The notes under the pieces: model-generated
Databases searched by the model: none
Told to the model about the DNA's origin: nothing
Seen by the model: the letters and a program-made list of their open reading frames with translations, nothing else
In this document: positions 16,035-26,019 of the stretch, in pieces
How positions within the stretch are numbered: position 1 is the first letter of the stretch
How the letters are laid out: every line of letters starts with the position of its first letter
Position numbers and translations under genes: made by a program
IMG/VR virus record: IMGVR_UViG_3300013023_000001
Span: 1-64,000 of that record
Origin: a virus
Length of the DNA: 64,000 bases
Strand: one strand, 5' to 3'

Positions 16035-17414
16035 ATGATAAGTTTTAAAAGGAATTTTCAATATCCTGTTATTAATTCCAGAAAAATGAGAAACAGCTTT
16101 TTTAGAGATCATGCAGCTAACTCTACTATCGTTAAATTTGGTAATAATTACTTAATGTATTTTAGAGGGATAAATGGAGGTAGTCCTAGCACTGTTGGTG
16201 TTTGGAGTTCTCCAATAAATAATTTTGATGGATTCACTTGGAATACCTCTCCTACAACTAATCCTATACTATCTGCCGGATCTTCGGGGTCTTTTGACGC
16301 TACTGGTGTTTTTGACCCTGTTGCCGTGGTATTTAATAATAAAGTGTATCTTTATTATATGGGAAATTCTTCTTCCAGCTCAATAGGATTAGCGACCTCA
16401 ACAGATGGCTTATCATTCACTAAGCAGGGTGTTGTAGTTACAGGCGGAGGTTCTCCTATAGCTGTTGTAGATACATCAAATGTACTACATCTGTATTACA
16501 CTAAGGGGAGTTCTACTGATGGCTGGTCTTATTATCACAGAAGCTCAACAGATGGGACTACCTTTGGACAAGAGTCTTTAGTCTTTTCTCCATCTAAAGT
16601 TAGTGGGAGTTTTGATCAGATGTCAGTAATAACAGGAAGAATTTTTTATAAATCCCCTTATTACTATTTAGCATACTCTGGTTCTTCCACTCACGATGAT
16701 TATCCAGAAGGAATAGGATTAGCTAGATCTTCTGATCTATTAACATGGGAGAGGTATGAAGGTAATCCAGTTTTACTTAGAAATTCTTGTGGAACTTGGG
16801 ATGAAGGTGGAATATGGAGTCCAGATATTATTGAATATAATGGTCAATTTTTTATGTGGTTTGAGGGAGTAGGGACTAATAGTACAGCAGGAGGATCAAT
16901 ATCAAATACTGCTAGGGATACGCAATATGGCGGATATGATACTAATGCCTTTAGCCAAATATTCACAGCTATAATGTCACCAAGTTCTAACCTATCTGAA
17001 TGGACTTCTAATATTAGTGGTAACTATAAAATTAAAAATAGTCTTACTGGTAAATATCTTTATATAAATTCTGACGGTAAATTATCTAACTCTTCTAATA
17101 ACTCTAGTAAATTCACTTTAAATAAGAAATCCAACGGATTTTACGACATAATAGGGTCTGATGGTGTTAATAAAGCATCTTCTGAGAATAACAGCAGGTC
17201 TTACGGATCTTATATAAAATTTGTAGCTTCCAGTACAGACCAAAGTCAAGACTGGTATCTAACAGAGGTGAGTAAAGGATTTTATCAGATTACAAACAGG
17301 TATAGTGGTATGGTGTTATCTCCAGAGAACGGCTCAGTTTCATCTGGTTCTTTAATAACTCAAAAAACTTTCACCGGATTTCCAAATCAAGTTTGGGAGT
17401 TAATACCTTACTAA
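16035..17414 (+). CDS. beta-propeller glycoside-hydrolase-like protein with C-terminal ricin-type lectin domain (putative depolymerase)
   Basis: Repeated blade-like motifs: GVFDPVAVVFNNKVYLYYMG and GIWSPDIIEYNGQFFMWFEG. The C-terminus has beta-trefoil repeats with QxW (QDW, QVW) and YKIKNSLTGKYL / FYQITNRYSGMVL. Start at 16035 follows GGGGAG. Confidence 0.5.
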   Translation: MISFKRNFQYPVINSRKMRNSFFRDHAANSTIVKFGNNYLMYFRGINGGSPSTVGVWSSPINNFDGFTWNTSPTTNPILSAGSSGSFDATGVFDPVAVVFNNKVYLYYMGNSSSSSIGLATSTDGLSFTKQGVVVTGGGSPIAVVDTSNVLHLYYTKGSSTDGWSYYHRSSTDGTTFGQESLVFSPSKVSGSFDQMSVITGRIFYKSPYYYLAYSGSSTHDDYPEGIGLARSSDLLTWERYEGNPVLLRNSCGTWDEGGIWSPDIIEYNGQFFMWFEGVGTNSTAGGSISNTARDTQYGGYDTNAFSQIFTAIMSPSSNLSEWTSNISGNYKIKNSLTGKYLYINSDGKLSNSSNNSSKFTLNKKSNGFYDIIGSDGVNKASSENNSRSYGSYIKFVASSTDQSQDWYLTEVSKGFYQITNRYSGMVLSPENGSVSSGSLITQKTFTGFPNQVWELIPY

Positions 17415-17427
17415 TAAGGAGACAATA

Positions 17428-19590
17428 ATGGCATTATTTGATACAGGCGAAAATAATGTAGGTCAGTTTGGTGCTGATGATACTAATATTATTCGTTATA
17501 AACAAGCTGCTGAATATGCGGAGGACGCCAGACTATACGCTCTGGCAGCCGCAGAAGCAATGGTTGATGGAGATAACCTGTTAAACAGAGCAGAAGAAGT
17601 CTTACAGGAGGCCAGAGATATTCTGGCTACTGTTCAAGATATCAAAAATGATGTAACTGAACTGGAGACAAGAGTAAGTGCAGCAGAAGCTATCGCTAAT
17701 GAAGCTGTAGCTAAAGCTCAGCAAGCTATTCAAGATACTGCCGGTATTATTGAAAGAGCTAAGTCCTATGCTGATGCGTCAGAGGCTAGTGCAAACCAAG
17801 CTCAAGGTTTTAGTTCTACTGCTCAAAACTATGCAACTGTAGCTCAAACTGCTTCTACTCAAGCTCAGGGATTTAGGAATGAAGCAGATGGTTTTGCTGA
17901 TGAAGCAGAAAAACATGTAACAGAAGCTAACCAAGCAGTTACTAATGCCACAACTCAAGCAGACAGATCTAAAGCTGAGGCTGACAGGGCTGCTGAGATA
18001 GTAGCTAATATTCCCGGAAAAGAGACTATTGATGGGTTCTCTAAATTATATAAAAGCAAAAGTGATGCTGATGCCGATTTAGCTGAAAGAAATGTTGGAG
18101 AAAAAATCTTAGTTTGGGAGGAATCCAACTCTGTATATGCTTGGTACGATGTTACTGGAACTTCCAATAACAAAGCCCTTACTCTAAATACCACAGAGAA
18201 GAAATTAAAAACAGTTAACAACATTCAACCTGACAGTTCTGGCAACATTCAGGTAACATTGCCGGGAGGTAATCCATCTCTTTGGTTAGGTGAGACTGTG
18301 TTTTTCCAATATGATCCAGATAAGAATGTTAGCTATCCGGGTCTTCTTCCTCAAGATGGTAGAGAAGTTAATAGAGCAGATTATCCAGATTTATGGCAAG
18401 CTATAGCGGATAACTTTGTTCCTAGTGTTACCGAAGCTGTATGGCAATCAGGTAAAACTAACTGCTTCTCAACTGGTAATGGTACAACTACTTTTAGGGT
18501 TCCCAAATGGGATGGTGAAGTATTAAGAACCCCTAATTCTGGGGACGAGAAAGGTGAGATTGTTGCTCAGATTCCTTATGTTGTTACTGTTAATGGTGTA
18601 GCTCCTGATGATACTACTGGTAATGTTCAAGTAGATTTGTCCAGTTACGCCAAAACAAGTGATGTTACTTTAGCCATTAATAGTGCTACAGCTAATAAAG
18701 CAACAAAAGGTGCTAACACTGATATTACATCCCTAGCTGGTTTGACTACTGCTCTAAGTATTCCTCAGGGTGGTACTGGTGGTAAAACTGCACTGGAAGC
18801 TAGAACCAACCTAGGATTAGGTACTGCTGCTGTAGAGAATATTGTTCCTATATCTAAAGGCGGTACAGGTTCTTCTACTCCGTTTGGCACAGCGGCAAAC
18901 ACTTTTGCTCAAGGTAACGACGCTCGATTAAATAGTTTAGATGGAAAGTCTGGTGGTAAAATTTCTTCTGGTATTACTATAAATTCAGGGGGTCTAACAA
19001 GCGGAGGTCAAATCTTATCTGCTCAACATAATTCTTTCTCAACTGGAGGTCAACAAATACACCAAGGTGGGAAAATTTTTGGCTATAGTACAGAGTCTGT
19101 TGACAGTTTAGGTGATAGATATTGGGGGTTGTGGACTGAATACTCTGAGGGCGGTGCTGGTTACTTGCAACTCTTGTTTAATGTCGGATCTTTGCAACGT
19201 TATTGGACTTTTCAAGATTCAGGTAATGCGGTGGCGTCAGGTACTTGGAATAGTAACTCTGATAAAAGAATTAAGACTAATATAAAAACCATAGACAATC
19301 CGCTTGAGAAAATGGTTAAACTCAGAGGCTATACTTGGGATCGTTTAGATAACGCTCGCTCTGGACAAGGTTTTATAGCTCAAGAGGTTCAAGAGGTTTT
19401 CCCTAATGCTGTTTTTGATGGTGGTAATACTACGCTTAAAGATGGAACAGTTGTAGAGAATACTTTATCTGTTGATGTTACTGGCGCTGGTATCTCACTA
19501 CATCACGAAGCTATTTTAGCTCTTATGAATAAGATTGAAGCACTTACAGAAAGAGTTGAAACTTTAGAACAACTTGCTGCTCAGAAATAA
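17428..19590 (+). CDS. tail fibre/spike with C-terminal intramolecular chaperone (peptidase S74-like) domain
   Basis: YKQAAEYAEDAR anchor motif. Tail-collar-like LPQDGREVNRADYPDLW...TTFRVPKWDG. Fibre repeats GANTDITSLAGLT...GGTGG. C-terminal SDKRIKTNI...LRGYTWDRLD...GFIAQEVQEVFP is typical of auto-cleaving chaperone domains. Confidence 0.8.
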   Translation: MALFDTGENNVGQFGADDTNIIRYKQAAEYAEDARLYALAAAEAMVDGDNLLNRAEEVLQEARDILATVQDIKNDVTELETRVSAAEAIANEAVAKAQQAIQDTAGIIERAKSYADASEASANQAQGFSSTAQNYATVAQTASTQAQGFRNEADGFADEAEKHVTEANQAVTNATTQADRSKAEADRAAEIVANIPGKETIDGFSKLYKSKSDADADLAERNVGEKILVWEESNSVYAWYDVTGTSNNKALTLNTTEKKLKTVNNIQPDSSGNIQVTLPGGNPSLWLGETVFFQYDPDKNVSYPGLLPQDGREVNRADYPDLWQAIADNFVPSVTEAVWQSGKTNCFSTGNGTTTFRVPKWDGEVLRTPNSGDEKGEIVAQIPYVVTVNGVAPDDTTGNVQVDLSSYAKTSDVTLAINSATANKATKGANTDITSLAGLTTALSIPQGGTGGKTALEARTNLGLGTAAVENIVPISKGGTGSSTPFGTAANTFAQGNDARLNSLDGKSGGKISSGITINSGGLTSGGQILSAQHNSFSTGGQQIHQGGKIFGYSTESVDSLGDRYWGLWTEYSEGGAGYLQLLFNVGSLQRYWTFQDSGNAVASGTWNSNSDKRIKTNIKTIDNPLEKMVKLRGYTWDRLDNARSGQGFIAQEVQEVFPNAVFDGGNTTLKDGTVVENTLSVDVTGAGISLHHEAILALMNKIEALTERVETLEQLAAQK

Positions 19591-19600
19591 GGAGAATTAA

Positions 19601-21238
19601 ATGTCTAGGGAGTTTATGCCAAAGTCTAGCGCCCTGATGCCGTATGTAGTAGTGAATAGAGACGCCGCAGTATCGGGCGTTTCCACTATTGATGGTGTAG
19701 CTGGAGCGATAGATTTAACAACTAAATATGTTCAAATAACAGATTATAACCAGAGGGTAGGATCTGTTGAAGCAAGAGTAACAACCAATGAAGGTGATAT
19801 AAGTAATATTAAAACTTCTATCTCCAGCATTAATGGTAGTATCACTAGTATTAATAGCACATTAAGCAATAAAGCTTCTAAGGGTGTTAACTCTGATATT
19901 ACCTCACTTACTGCTTTATCTGGCCCGCTCCGTTTAGGTGGTGACGCTGTTAGTGATTATGATGCTGTCACTTTGAAACAACTTCAAGCTTCATCTGGAG
20001 GTTCTGGTGGAGCTTCTATTACAGGGGTTATGAATAATTTCTTAGGTGCAGTAGAGTGGTTTAATGGGTCAAGAGCTAAACTTCCTTCTGGTCATTTAGC
20101 AGCAGATGGTCAACTGTTAAATCGTTCGGATTATCCTGATCTTTGGGCAGCTATTAATTCAGGTATTCTGTTATCAGTAGATGATACTACTTGGCTTAAT
20201 GCTTCGGGAACTACCTACACAAATAGAGGTAAATATTCAACTGGTAATGGTAGTACAACTTTCCGTATGCCGGATTTAAATGGTATTCAATCAGGAAGTC
20301 TGGATGGTCTTTTCCTTTCAGCTTCTGCTAAAGCTAACTCCTCTACTAACACTCCAGCTAGAGATGTAGGTATTGTTTATAATCAATCTGCTCCTAATAT
20401 TTTTGGTACAGTAGCAAACTTTAATAACATACAACTTAATGGTTCCGGTTCTGCTTATCCGATATTAAGCGGAGCTAGTGGAGCTTTTAAAATATATGAC
20501 AGCTATTCTGATACAGCTTATGGCATTACTGCTGGAGGTAGTTTTAATTCTGGTAGGATAGATTTTTATGCTTCTAATAGCGATTCTACTTATGGAAATG
20601 CTGGTAAATGGTTAATTCCTAGATCTGTTGGAGGTATCTGGGTTATACGAGTAAACGGATCGTATAGCGCTGCTAATACCAACTTTAATGTGATTAACGG
20701 AGATACAACAACTCCTGCTAATGGAACTATTGTTTATGGTGGTGATGTTAAATCTGTTTATCAAATTGGTGGAGTGGATACTGCTACTGCAAGTTTCAGA
20801 GCTAAGTATTCTGTTGGTGGGGTTAAGACTGCCGAGGTTAGGGTTATAGATGGTTCAACTATAACTTCGTGGACTATGCCTGCTACTGCTGGTACTTTAT
20901 TTGGTAGTGGTGATTTAACCGCAACTGCTTGGATTAACTTATCCCTACAGTCTAATTGGGCGGTAAATACTAATTCAAGGGCGGTATATAGAAAAGTTCT
21001 TGGTATAGTTTTTATCGATTTACATGCTAATGGTGGATCTTATTCAGACGGATCTCTATTAACAACGCTACCGAGTGGGTATAGACCTCCTGTAGATGTT
21101 CAGACTGTTCCTTTTGCTGTAGGTGCTGGTGGATCTATACCACCTAGACTTATAATTGGTAAAGATGGATCAATCAGGATCTATAATATGGGTGGCAATG
21201 GAGATTTACATTTAACAACATCTTTCTGCGTAGAATAA
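19601..21238 (+). CDS. tail fibre / probable receptor-binding protein (tail-collar domain)
   Basis: GVNSDITSLTALSG repeat. Collar motif GHLAADGQLLNRSDYPDLWAAI...TTFRMPDLNG. Unique C-terminal half. Confidence 0.7.
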   Translation: MSREFMPKSSALMPYVVVNRDAAVSGVSTIDGVAGAIDLTTKYVQITDYNQRVGSVEARVTTNEGDISNIKTSISSINGSITSINSTLSNKASKGVNSDITSLTALSGPLRLGGDAVSDYDAVTLKQLQASSGGSGGASITGVMNNFLGAVEWFNGSRAKLPSGHLAADGQLLNRSDYPDLWAAINSGILLSVDDTTWLNASGTTYTNRGKYSTGNGSTTFRMPDLNGIQSGSLDGLFLSASAKANSSTNTPARDVGIVYNQSAPNIFGTVANFNNIQLNGSGSAYPILSGASGAFKIYDSYSDTAYGITAGGSFNSGRIDFYASNSDSTYGNAGKWLIPRSVGGIWVIRVNGSYSAANTNFNVINGDTTTPANGTIVYGGDVKSVYQIGGVDTATASFRAKYSVGGVKTAEVRVIDGSTITSWTMPATAGTLFGSGDLTATAWINLSLQSNWAVNTNSRAVYRKVLGIVFIDLHANGGSYSDGSLLTTLPSGYRPPVDVQTVPFAVGAGGSIPPRLIIGKDGSIRIYNMGGNGDLHLTTSFCVE

Positions 21239-21253
21239 TATAGGAGATATAAA

Positions 21254-21469
21254 ATGAAAGGTCTATTAATTATAGCTCTGGCCAGTGTAATGCTGGCTGG
21301 TTGTAGTTCATCTAAATCATATACAAATCAAACTGGTCAAGCATCTGCATCTAGCTTTGGCAAAGGGTGTGCTGCTGCTAAAGTAGGTAAGAGTTTAGTT
21401 ATTTCTTGCTCTGGTGAAGATGCTGTTAAGCTGGCTAAAATAATCCAGACTACTAGTGTTGATGAATAA
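21254..21469 (+). CDS. small lipoprotein (71 aa)
   Basis: Signal peptide plus lipobox: MKGLLIIALASVMLAGC. The mature part has 2 more Cys residues. Immediately downstream of the putative RBP. Confidence 0.7.
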   Translation: MKGLLIIALASVMLAGCSSSKSYTNQTGQASASSFGKGCAAAKVGKSLVISCSGEDAVKLAKIIQTTSVDE

Positions 21470-21678
21470 TGAAAAGGGTTCACCATAAAATTTGGTGGAT
21501 TCTTTTAATAATGTTGTCTTTTTTAGTCTCAGGTTGTACGCACACATCAATCAAAGTAACACTTGAGAAGAATGGAAGATATATTGTTGAGACTAATGTC
21601 ACCACCTTTGGTTGTATAAGTCATAAGAAGGGTACGGAGACCATATTACAGTGCTCGACTTATACAGAAAGTGAATAA
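21469..21678 (+). CDS. small lipoprotein (69 aa)
   Basis: Signal peptide plus lipobox: KIWWILLIMLSFLVSGC. ATGA-coupled to the previous gene. Size and Cys pattern are similar to it. Confidence 0.7.
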   Translation: MKRVHHKIWWILLIMLSFLVSGCTHTSIKVTLEKNGRYIVETNVTTFGCISHKKGTETILQCSTYTESE

Positions 21679-21708
21679 TAGGATAAAAGTAAAGGAAAGG
21701 AGGCTAGT

Positions 21709-22200
21709 ATGCTAATAGATGCTCTGCCTCCCTCTCAAATGGACGTAAGCGATGAGGGAGTCGTTTATCTGATGAAGAGGGAAGGTAACGCTCCAGTAGC
21801 TTATCAAGACGTAGGTGGTGTTTGGACAATATGTACAGGTGCTATACTCGACTTAGAAAATAAACCTGTTGTTAGGGGTTTGAGATATAACCCACAGGAA
21901 TGTTTACTGCTTTTAAGTAGAGATATTGCTAACCACAGTAAAGCTGTTCAGAAATGTGTTTATGTTCCATTATACCAATATCAGTTTGATGCTCTGACAT
22001 CTTTTGCATTCAACATAGGTAATTATGCCTTCTGTGGTTCAACTATGGTGAAGTATTTAAATAAAGGTGATTATTCGGCAGCGTCTGACCAGTTTTTGAA
22101 ATGGACTAAAGTTACCATCAAGGGTAAGAAAGTAACTTCCCAAGGATTAGTAAACAGAAGAACTTATGATAAAGCTCTTTTCGTTCAGGGTAAATATTAA
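21709..22200 (+). CDS. endolysin, GH24 lysozyme
   Basis: KREGNAPVAYQDVGGVWTICTG has the E-x8-D-x5-T catalytic spacing of T4/P22-type lysozymes. Confidence 0.85.
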   Translation: MLIDALPPSQMDVSDEGVVYLMKREGNAPVAYQDVGGVWTICTGAILDLENKPVVRGLRYNPQECLLLLSRDIANHSKAVQKCVYVPLYQYQFDALTSFAFNIGNYAFCGSTMVKYLNKGDYSAASDQFLKWTKVTIKGKKVTSQGLVNRRTYDKALFVQGKY

Positions 22201-22211
22201 GGAGGCCGATA

Positions 22212-23045
22212 GTGGCAATCGAAACGAATGCGGTAGTGGTTCAGGATTTAAATCCTCAATACCCTTACCCTACAGATTATCTCTCGGAAGGTGATGATCA
22301 TTTAAAGCTGACTAAGCAAGTTTTAAAGAATACCTTTCCAACAGCAACAACTCCACTTACTACAGAGTTTGGGGTTTTAAATCAACTACCAAATTATTTA
22401 TCTTTTACAACTGAAACTGTTAGTGGTGCTCAGGTTAAGGTAATTGATTTAAATGATTCAAAGATTAAGAATGGTACAGCAGGTACATCTGATACAGACT
22501 TCACTGTTCTTAAGCAAGTAAAAGATTTAATTACTACAGCTATTAAAAACATTTATCCTGTTGGTTCTTATTGGATGACTGATAGTAATTCTAACCCAGC
22601 CGATATCTTTGGCTTCGGTACTTGGACTAAGATCACAGGTATGATGATGGGTTCTGGTACAGTACAACCTACCGGTTCTATTCCTAATCAATCTGCTCGT
22701 ACTTTTACTACAGGGGAAAGAGGTGGTAGCTTCTCTAAACAGATAGTTGTTGGTAACATTCCTCTGATTACGTCTGATTTCTCTAATAATGGAATCACGA
22801 TGACATCTGCTGGTAATCACTCACACAGTTTAACTATGAGAAACTATCGTATCAGTATTGATGACACTATTGGTGGTGTATTTGGTAATGCAGAAACTCC
22901 TGCAACATATCAGACTAATGCTGCTGGTGATCACTATCACAATCTTCAAGGTACTCTGAGAATTGGTACACCTTTGGAGAACCAAGCACCTTTAGATGTA
23001 ATGCCTCCATATGTAGTAACTAATATTTGGAAAAGAACGTCATAA
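22212..23045 (+). CDS. tail fibre-like protein with HxH metal-binding motifs
   Basis: GTG start after GGAGG. NHSHSL and GDHYHNL motifs resemble those in trimeric fibre tips. YPVGSYWMT...FGFGTWTKI is collar-like. Confidence 0.6.
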   Translation: MAIETNAVVVQDLNPQYPYPTDYLSEGDDHLKLTKQVLKNTFPTATTPLTTEFGVLNQLPNYLSFTTETVSGAQVKVIDLNDSKIKNGTAGTSDTDFTVLKQVKDLITTAIKNIYPVGSYWMTDSNSNPADIFGFGTWTKITGMMMGSGTVQPTGSIPNQSARTFTTGERGGSFSKQIVVGNIPLITSDFSNNGITMTSAGNHSHSLTMRNYRISIDDTIGGVFGNAETPATYQTNAAGDHYHNLQGTLRIGTPLENQAPLDVMPPYVVTNIWKRTS

Positions 23046-23063
23046 TAAAAGGAGATAACCTCT

Positions 23064-25976
23064 ATGGCTCAGTATCAAATAAAAAATCTAGGGGCTGTAG
23101 GGGTTGTTGCTGATATATCTGCTACCGACTTACCTCCAAACGGTTTTACCGATGCTAATAATGCAAGGTTCGTTGATGGTCGGGTTATGAAGATTGGCGG
23201 CAATTCCCCTATATCTTTTGTAGAAGAGGATAAAGATATTGTTCCTTTATCTATTCTCCCAATGCCTTTTGATTTTTTTACTGGAGGCAACAGCTTTAAT
23301 GTTGTAGGAACCTCAGATAGTCTTTATAAGTTAGATAACAATTCCCTAACTCGTATTAATAAGTTCACCCCTTATAGAACTACGTCAGGAACTTCATCTA
23401 TTACTGTAACTCCAGTGGTAGAGGGTATCTCTATAACTGAAAGCTTTGTTCAGATTAAGTTAGGAGAAGAGCATGAAATAGTTGCTACTGTAACTCCTGA
23501 TGGTGTTAGAAATGTAGAGACAACTTGGACAGTAAGTAATGAAAGCTATGCTACTATTACTCCTAATCCAGATGACCCATTAAGAGCTACAATAAAAGCT
23601 AATAATGATTATACTGGTAATGTGACTGTGACTGTTAGGACAGGTAAAGACGGACAATTTTGGGATAATGTTGTAGTTAATATAACCCCCAATGTTGATA
23701 GTATCTATTTAGATAAATCTCAACTACAAATTAGGAATGGTAATAGTAATACACTTACTGCTGCATTCAACCCTGCGAATCCATCTGACCAAAACGTTAC
23801 TTGGGTGTCCAGTGATTTGTCAGTAGCTAGTTTTACAATCAACCCTGATAATCCTTTACAGGTTACGGTTAATGCCTTAAGAAGAGGTAGCTGTACAATA
23901 AGTTGTTTCTTGACTAATACCCCAACATTAAGAGCAGATTGTCCTGTACAAGTTATATCTGCTGTTGATTATATCTTCTTAGATAAGTCAGCTATTACTA
24001 CCAACGTAGATAAAACTGATACTTTGACTGTAGGATATTATCCCGCTGATACAAATAAGAAGGGTGTGACTTGGAGTGCCCCTGTAGGCTCAGATGTAGT
24101 TAAGATTGTTGGGGAAGGTGATACAGTAACCCTGCAATACTTGAAAGTTGGTATTGCTCAAATCCAAGCAACAGCTAATGAGGGTGGAAGTACAGCAACT
24201 TGTACAGTAACTGTAAGAGCTTCTGGAATAACATTCTCAGCTTTATCTGCTTCTAAATTAGCAACTAGAAGTTTATTCTCTTTTAGTAGTGTACTTGCAG
24301 CTACTCCTATTGTATCTAAGGTTGAGATTGACAAACAAAATCTTGATATGGATGTGGGAGATACTGAAACACTTACTGCTGTGGTAACTCCTTCTGGAAT
24401 ACCTAACTTGAAGTATAAATGGACAGTAAACAGAAATGGTATTATCTCATACACTACCAGTGACAAAAACACTTTAGACATAACTGCTGCTAAGAAAGGT
24501 AATGTAACTGTTACAGTTACTGTATCAGATACTAGACAGGAAGACTACTCAGTAACTCCTGACACTACTTGGTATCATACTGTCATATCTAACTGCGCTG
24601 TTGCTACTTGTAAGAGACATATACCACAGGTAAAGGAATTCAATAAAGAGTATTTTGAAGACTTGCCGGGATGGGGTGATCAAACTCAAGTGGATGCTAA
24701 TGGCAATATTTCAGTTAAAAACTACTCTTGGTTCTCTGAGAGATTAAGAGCTTTTAATAACAGATTATTCGCTTTAAATATGACAGAGACTAACTCGTCT
24801 GGTGCATCTATTCATTACCCCTTAAGACTAAGATGGTCTAACTTCGCAGAGGAGAATGCTGCTCCATTCCTTTGGGATGATTTAGCTGACTTAAGAGATC
24901 CTGATAGCAACTCAAACACTGAGGGAACTATCGAGGCGCTCAAGAATGGTTATGCAGGATATATTGACTTAGCAGATTCAAACGGTGGTTTGATAGATAT
25001 GCTTCCTCTTAAAGATTATCTTTTTGTCTATACAGAGTTTGAAACATACGTAGGCACTCCTACAATGAACGCATATCAACCTTTCCAGTTTAAGAAGCTG
25101 TTTAATGATTCTGGTATCCTAGCACCTGAGTGTGTTACTGAGGTAGAAGGTAGTCACTTTGTTGTAACACAGAACGATATAATCCTTCACAATGGTGCAA
25201 CTAAAAAATCCATAGCATCTAACAGAGTTAAGAATAAGATTATTAGCGAGATAAGTCAAATTAATCCTGCTGCTACTCAAGTTCATCTTCACTCTGATAA
25301 GAAAGAGGTTTGGATTCTTTATGTAGCTCCGGGATCTTCTAAAGATAGTTGGGCTTGTAATAAAGCTGCTATTTGGAACTATGAGTTTGATACTTGGTCA
25401 TTCTGTGACATTCCTTACAGTTATGATATAGCACTTATAGATCCTCCTATCCTTGAAAGGTCTGCTACTTGGGAAGATGTTTCTATGTATACTTGGGATA
25501 GCGACTTTGCTAAACAAACCCCTTGGCAGAAAGATACAAGTAACTTTCATAAAAGGATTACTGTTGTTGCTTCTGCTGCTAAAGGTTTTTATCAAGTGGA
25601 TATAGGCGCTTATAACCATCTATGGAATCCTGATACCCCTGATGTAGTAACTCAAGTCCCTCTTAAGATGTGGACAGAAAGATTTGGCATTGACTTTGAT
25701 AATCTAACTGATGAATGGAATCAAAAACATGTTAATACTTTTAAACCACAAGTAACTGGTAGAGGCACTATTCAGTTTGCTGCTGGAGGTACTCAGTATA
25801 CAAATGAGAAAGGGCATAACCACTCTATAAGAAATTATACTGCTGGTAGTTCAAGACAAGTCAGTGTTAGGCTTAATCATCCATACTTGTATTACGAGAT
25901 GTATGATGAAGATCCAGACTCAACTATCGCTATCAACAGCTTGATTATAGAATATGTGGTTGGTGGTAAAAGATAA
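23064..25976 (+). CDS. large tail (nozzle/tubular-type) protein with four inserted Big_2 Ig-like domains
   Basis: 970 aa. Four Ig-like repeats span about residues 113-500 (nt ~23400-24564), for example ATITPNPDDPLRATIKA...GNVTVTV. The flanking N- and C-terminal parts resemble podophage tail tubular proteins (recollection). Confidence 0.5.
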   Translation: MAQYQIKNLGAVGVVADISATDLPPNGFTDANNARFVDGRVMKIGGNSPISFVEEDKDIVPLSILPMPFDFFTGGNSFNVVGTSDSLYKLDNNSLTRINKFTPYRTTSGTSSITVTPVVEGISITESFVQIKLGEEHEIVATVTPDGVRNVETTWTVSNESYATITPNPDDPLRATIKANNDYTGNVTVTVRTGKDGQFWDNVVVNITPNVDSIYLDKSQLQIRNGNSNTLTAAFNPANPSDQNVTWVSSDLSVASFTINPDNPLQVTVNALRRGSCTISCFLTNTPTLRADCPVQVISAVDYIFLDKSAITTNVDKTDTLTVGYYPADTNKKGVTWSAPVGSDVVKIVGEGDTVTLQYLKVGIAQIQATANEGGSTATCTVTVRASGITFSALSASKLATRSLFSFSSVLAATPIVSKVEIDKQNLDMDVGDTETLTAVVTPSGIPNLKYKWTVNRNGIISYTTSDKNTLDITAAKKGNVTVTVTVSDTRQEDYSVTPDTTWYHTVISNCAVATCKRHIPQVKEFNKEYFEDLPGWGDQTQVDANGNISVKNYSWFSERLRAFNNRLFALNMTETNSSGASIHYPLRLRWSNFAEENAAPFLWDDLADLRDPDSNSNTEGTIEALKNGYAGYIDLADSNGGLIDMLPLKDYLFVYTEFETYVGTPTMNAYQPFQFKKLFNDSGILAPECVTEVEGSHFVVTQNDIILHNGATKKSIASNRVKNKIISEISQINPAATQVHLHSDKKEVWILYVAPGSSKDSWACNKAAIWNYEFDTWSFCDIPYSYDIALIDPPILERSATWEDVSMYTWDSDFAKQTPWQKDTSNFHKRITVVASAAKGFYQVDIGAYNHLWNPDTPDVVTQVPLKMWTERFGIDFDNLTDEWNQKHVNTFKPQVTGRGTIQFAAGGTQYTNEKGHNHSIRNYTAGSSRQVSVRLNHPYLYYEMYDEDPDSTIAINSLIIEYVVGGKR

Positions 25977-25982
25977 GATTCG

Positions 25983-26009
25983 GGGAGGCTAGTCCTCCCT
26001 TTTCTTTTA
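25983..26009 (+). terminator. Rho-independent terminator
   Basis: GGGGAGG-CTAGT-CCTCCC followed by TTTTCTTTT. Confidence 0.8.
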
Positions 26010-26019
26010 TGGAGGTTTT

